Source: an uncultured Microthrixaceae bacterium
GTDB lineage: Bacteria > Actinomycetota > Acidimicrobiia > Acidimicrobiales > Microtrichaceae
Assembly (NCBI GenBank): GCA_942490665.1
Contig: CALNXV010000001.1
Span: 3,661 to 67,660 of the forward strand
Reading direction: 5' to 3'
Length of the DNA: 64,000 nt
Part shown: piece by piece, positions 60,929-64,000 of the stretch
Layout of the letters: the number at the start of each line of letters is the position of its first letter
Position numbering within the stretch: the stretch's first letter is position 1
Notes under the pieces: generated by a model
What the model was told of the DNA's origin: nothing
Databases searched by the model: none
Seen by the model: the letters and a program-made list of their open reading frames with translations, nothing else
Made by a program: the position numbers and the translations under genes

Positions 60929-63511
60929 GTGGCGCTTTCGGAGGATGTTCGCGAGGTCGAAGCTGATGACGGGATCACGGTGCTCGACGAACCGGATCGA
61001 CCCGATGGGGTCGCTGCGGGCGTCGGCAGCGGCGATCTCGGCACCCAGATGCGGGTGCGCAAGCGCGACGGCAGTCTCGAACCGGTCGACCTCAACAAGA
61101 TCGTCCGTGCCGTTGCCCGCTGCGCCGTCGACCTGGACAACGTCGACTCGATGCGCGTCGCGACGCGGACCATCTCCGGCCTCGTCGACGGCGCAACGAC
61201 CGAGGACCTCGACAACCTGTCGATCCGCACCGCCGCCGCGCTGATCGCCGAGGAGCCCAACTACTCGCGGCTCGCGGCGCGGCTGCTCGCCACCGTGATC
61301 GACAAGGAGGTCCAGAACCAGGACGTCTACTCCTTCTCGCAGTCCGTGGCGCTGGGCCATGAGCAGGGGATCATCAGCGATGAGACCGCCGCCATGGTGG
61401 CGACCCATGCCCGCAAGCTGAACGACGCCATCCTCGGCGAGCGCAACTGGCGCTACGAGTTCTTCGGCCTGCGCACCGTGTACGACCGTTATCTGCTGCG
61501 CCACCCCGAGCGCCGTCACGTCATGGAGACGCCGCAGTACTTCCTCATGCGGGTCGCCTGCGGGCTCGCCACCTCGCCGGAGGAGGCCATCGAGTTCTAC
61601 GAGCTCATCTCGTCGCTCGACTACCTGCCCTCGTCGCCCACGCTGTTCAACTCGGGGACGACACACCCGCAGATGTCGAGCTGCTACCTGCTCGACTCGC
61701 CCGAGGACAACCTCGACGCGATCTACGACCGCTACCGCGACGTGGCTCGGCTCTCCAAGCACGCCGGCGGCATCGGGCTGTCCTACACCCGCATCCGCTC
61801 GCGCGGCTCGCTGATCCGGGGCACCAACGGCCTCTCCAACGGCATCGTGCCGTGGCTCAAGACGCTCGACTCGTCGGTCGCCGCGGTCAACCAGGGCGGA
61901 CGGCGCAAGGGGGCGGCGTGCGTCTACCTCGAGTCGTGGCACGCCGACATCGAGGCGTTCCTCGAGCTGCGCGAGAACACCGGCGAGGCAGCACGCCGCA
62001 CACACAACCTGAACCTCGCCAACTGGGTGCCGGACCTGTTCATGGAGCGGGTCGAGCAGGACTGGCAGTGGAGCCTGTTCGATCCCAAGAAGGTGCCCCA
62101 CCTCGTCGACCTGTACGGCGACGACTTCCGTGAGGCGTACCTGGCGGCGGAGACGGAGGGCCTCTACGAGACGCAGGTCTCCGCCCGCACCCTCTACAGC
62201 CGGATGATGCGCAGTCTCGCGGAGACCGGCAACGGGTGGATGACCTTCAAGGACTCGTCGAACGAGAAGTGCAACCAGACCGGCACCACGTCAGCTGACG
62301 GCACCCCGAACGTGGTGCATCTGTCCAACCTCTGCACCGAGATCCTCGAGGTCACGAACCAGTCGGAGACGGCGGTCTGCAACCTGGGTTCGGTCAACCT
62401 CGGCGCCATGGTGCGACCGGATGCCGACGGCGTGCAGCGCTTCGACTTCGACCGTCTGGCCGAGGTCGTCCGCCTCGCCGTGCCGTTCCTCGACCGGGTG
62501 ATCGACATCAACTTCTACCCGACCGACGCCGCGGGCAACTCGAACTCGAAGTGGCGTCCGGTCGGCCTCGGCCTGATGGGGCTCCAGGACGTCTTCTTCA
62601 AGCTGCGCCTGCCGTTCGACACCCCGGAGGCCCGCGAGCTGTCGACGCGCATCTCCGAGGAGATCTACTTCCACGCACTGGTGGCATCGAACGAGCTGGC
62701 GAAGGCGAACGGTGCCCACAGCGGATGGTCCGAGACCCGCGCCGCGCAGGGCAAGCTGCAGTTCGACCTGTGGGGGGTCTCGCCGTCGGACACGGCTCGT
62801 TGGGCTGAGCTCCGGGAGAGCATCGCCGAGCACGGCCTGCGCAACTCGTTGCTGATCGCGATCGCGCCGACCGCGACGATCGCGTCGATCGCCGGCTGCT
62901 ACGAGTGCATCGAGCCCCAGGTCTCCAACCTGTTCAAGCGCGAGACGCTCTCCGGGGAGTTCCTGCAGGTCAACGCCTACCTGGTGCGCGAGCTGCAGGC
63001 GCGGGGGCTGTGGACCGAGTCGGTGATCTCGGCGATCAAGCGCTCCGAGGGTTCGGTACAGGACATCGAGGAGATCCCCGAGGACCTCCGGGCCATCTAC
63101 CGCACCGCGTGGGAGCTGCCGATGCGGTCCCTGATCGACATGGCGGCGGCCCGCGGTGCCTTCATCGACCAGTCGCAGTCGCTGAACCTCTTCATGGAGT
63201 CCCCGACGATCGGGAAGCTGTCGTCGATGTACATGCACGCCTGGAAGCAGGGCGTGAAGACCACGTACTACCTGCGCTCGCGGCCGGCGACGAAGATCAA
63301 CCAGACGAGCGGTGCGTCGTCGAGCTCGGCCGACGGCCGTGGTCCGACGGGCGGCGGGACGACGACCTCGTTGCCCGCCCGTGACACCGAGCCGGCGGCC
63401 AGCGACGAGGTCACCGCCGAGACCCCGCTCTCCAGCGACGAGGTGGTCTCCGACGACGAGGCGGTCGCCTGCTCGCTCGAGAACCCCGAGTCGTGCGACG
63501 CCTGCCAGTGA
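60929..63511 (+). CDS. nrdA: class Ia ribonucleotide reductase alpha subunit with ATP-cone
   Basis: VRKRDGSLEPVDLNKIVRAV (ATP-cone), SSCYLL, LSNLCTEI, AVCNLGSVNL, IAPTATIASIAG, TTYYLRS, and the C-terminal Cys pair CSLENPESCDACQ. The GTG start at 60929 is preceded by GGGGAGA. Confidence 0.92.
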   Translation: MALSEDVREVEADDGITVLDEPDRPDGVAAGVGSGDLGTQMRVRKRDGSLEPVDLNKIVRAVARCAVDLDNVDSMRVATRTISGLVDGATTEDLDNLSIRTAAALIAEEPNYSRLAARLLATVIDKEVQNQDVYSFSQSVALGHEQGIISDETAAMVATHARKLNDAILGERNWRYEFFGLRTVYDRYLLRHPERRHVMETPQYFLMRVACGLATSPEEAIEFYELISSLDYLPSSPTLFNSGTTHPQMSSCYLLDSPEDNLDAIYDRYRDVARLSKHAGGIGLSYTRIRSRGSLIRGTNGLSNGIVPWLKTLDSSVAAVNQGGRRKGAACVYLESWHADIEAFLELRENTGEAARRTHNLNLANWVPDLFMERVEQDWQWSLFDPKKVPHLVDLYGDDFREAYLAAETEGLYETQVSARTLYSRMMRSLAETGNGWMTFKDSSNEKCNQTGTTSADGTPNVVHLSNLCTEILEVTNQSETAVCNLGSVNLGAMVRPDADGVQRFDFDRLAEVVRLAVPFLDRVIDINFYPTDAAGNSNSKWRPVGLGLMGLQDVFFKLRLPFDTPEARELSTRISEEIYFHALVASNELAKANGAHSGWSETRAAQGKLQFDLWGVSPSDTARWAELRESIAEHGLRNSLLIAIAPTATIASIAGCYECIEPQVSNLFKRETLSGEFLQVNAYLVRELQARGLWTESVISAIKRSEGSVQDIEEIPEDLRAIYRTAWELPMRSLIDMAAARGAFIDQSQSLNLFMESPTIGKLSSMYMHAWKQGVKTTYYLRSRPATKINQTSGASSSSADGRGPTGGGTTTSLPARDTEPAASDEVTAETPLSSDEVVSDDEAVACSLENPESCDACQ

Positions 63512-63623
63512 GCACTGCGCCACCGGCGGCCGTTGGTCCCTGACCGGCGGCGACCGACCGGCCCGACGCTGACCGAACCGAACACCGACGAACCAGATCG
63601 ACCGCGAGCAAGGACACACCACG

Positions 63624-64000
63624 ATGGCACTGACCGAGAACGCCGCCTACGCCACAGATCCCCTCACCGATGGGCCCCTCACGACGGGCACGGCGCTCAC
63701 CGAGCCCGCCCCCCATCCCGGCACGGGCGTCTCGCCCGTCACGGCGCCGGGCAACCTGCTGGACCCGGGCTTCAACCTGACCCTGCGACCGATGCGCTAC
63801 CCGCAGTTCTACGACATGTACCGCGACGCGATCCGCAACACGTGGACCGTGGAAGAGGTCGACTTCTCCGACGACATCGTCGACCTGCAGCGCAAGCTGC
63901 TCCCCGCGGAGCGGCACCTCATCAACCGCCTGGTCGCCTTCTTCGCGACCGGTGACTCGATCGTCGCCAACAACCTGGTCCTGAACCTGTACAAGCACGT
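63624..64000 (+). CDS. nrdB: class I ribonucleotide reductase beta subunit, 5' part (runs off the window)
   Basis: ATG 63624: ...LRPMRYPQFYDMYRDAIRNTWTVEEVDFSDDIVDLQRKLLPAERHLINRLVAFFATGDSIVANNLV. Confidence 0.85.
   Translation, partial: MALTENAAYATDPLTDGPLTTGTALTEPAPHPGTGVSPVTAPGNLLDPGFNLTLRPMRYPQFYDMYRDAIRNTWTVEEVDFSDDIVDLQRKLLPAERHLINRLVAFFATGDSIVANNLVLNLYKH

Overview
Composite 64-kb window made of two unrelated pieces.

(A) Positions 1 to ~5775 have moderate G+C (about 55-60% from my hand counts of a few 60-nt coding lines). They carry Verrucomicrobia/Planctomycetes-style genes: a DUF456 protein, pgk, tpiA, a prepilin-type N-terminal-domain protein, only the 3' third of argS, and a vWA lipoprotein. 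Every one of these reading frames is broken.

(B) At ~5775 this piece abuts a ~70% G+C actinobacterial-type chromosome segment, with both flanking genes truncated. A finer guess of Acidimicrobiia-like is only inference. In order, segment B holds:
- a cut tad/cpa pilus remnant (cpaF', a cpaE-like gene, cpaB);
- phoH, ybeY, a CBS/CorC protein, era, uppS and recO, all carrying frameshifts up to ~14.9 kb;
- an apparently clean stretch with two Pro-rich membrane proteins, glyQS, dnaG and rpoD;
- tRNA-Asn, a decayed variable patch, and tRNA-Met;
- acyl-CoA metabolism genes, an IMPase, a NUDIX gene and tRNA-Val;
- a lower-GC island (MFS, TetR, Rieske, serine hydrolase, cupin, IS3 and HTH remnants);
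- GH31, a photolyase-like gene with apparently permuted domain order, SRPBCC, MpaB, cdd and a P450;
- egtD-egtB-egtE, a malonyl-CoA decarboxylase-like gene, an M50 protease and an enoyl-CoA hydratase;
- a 1272-aa FtsX permease fused to a Pro-rich linker and a PH-like domain;
- ileS, a metallophosphoesterase, a second NUDIX gene, and nrdA/nrdB preceded by tandem NrdR-like boxes.

No rRNA genes or CRISPR arrays were seen. The most notable observations are the chimeric joints, the sharply bounded indel-rich zone, the permuted photolyase homolog, the orphan FtsX fusion and the two tRNA-linked variable regions. All calls come from reading the translations and sequence by eye; no database search was run.
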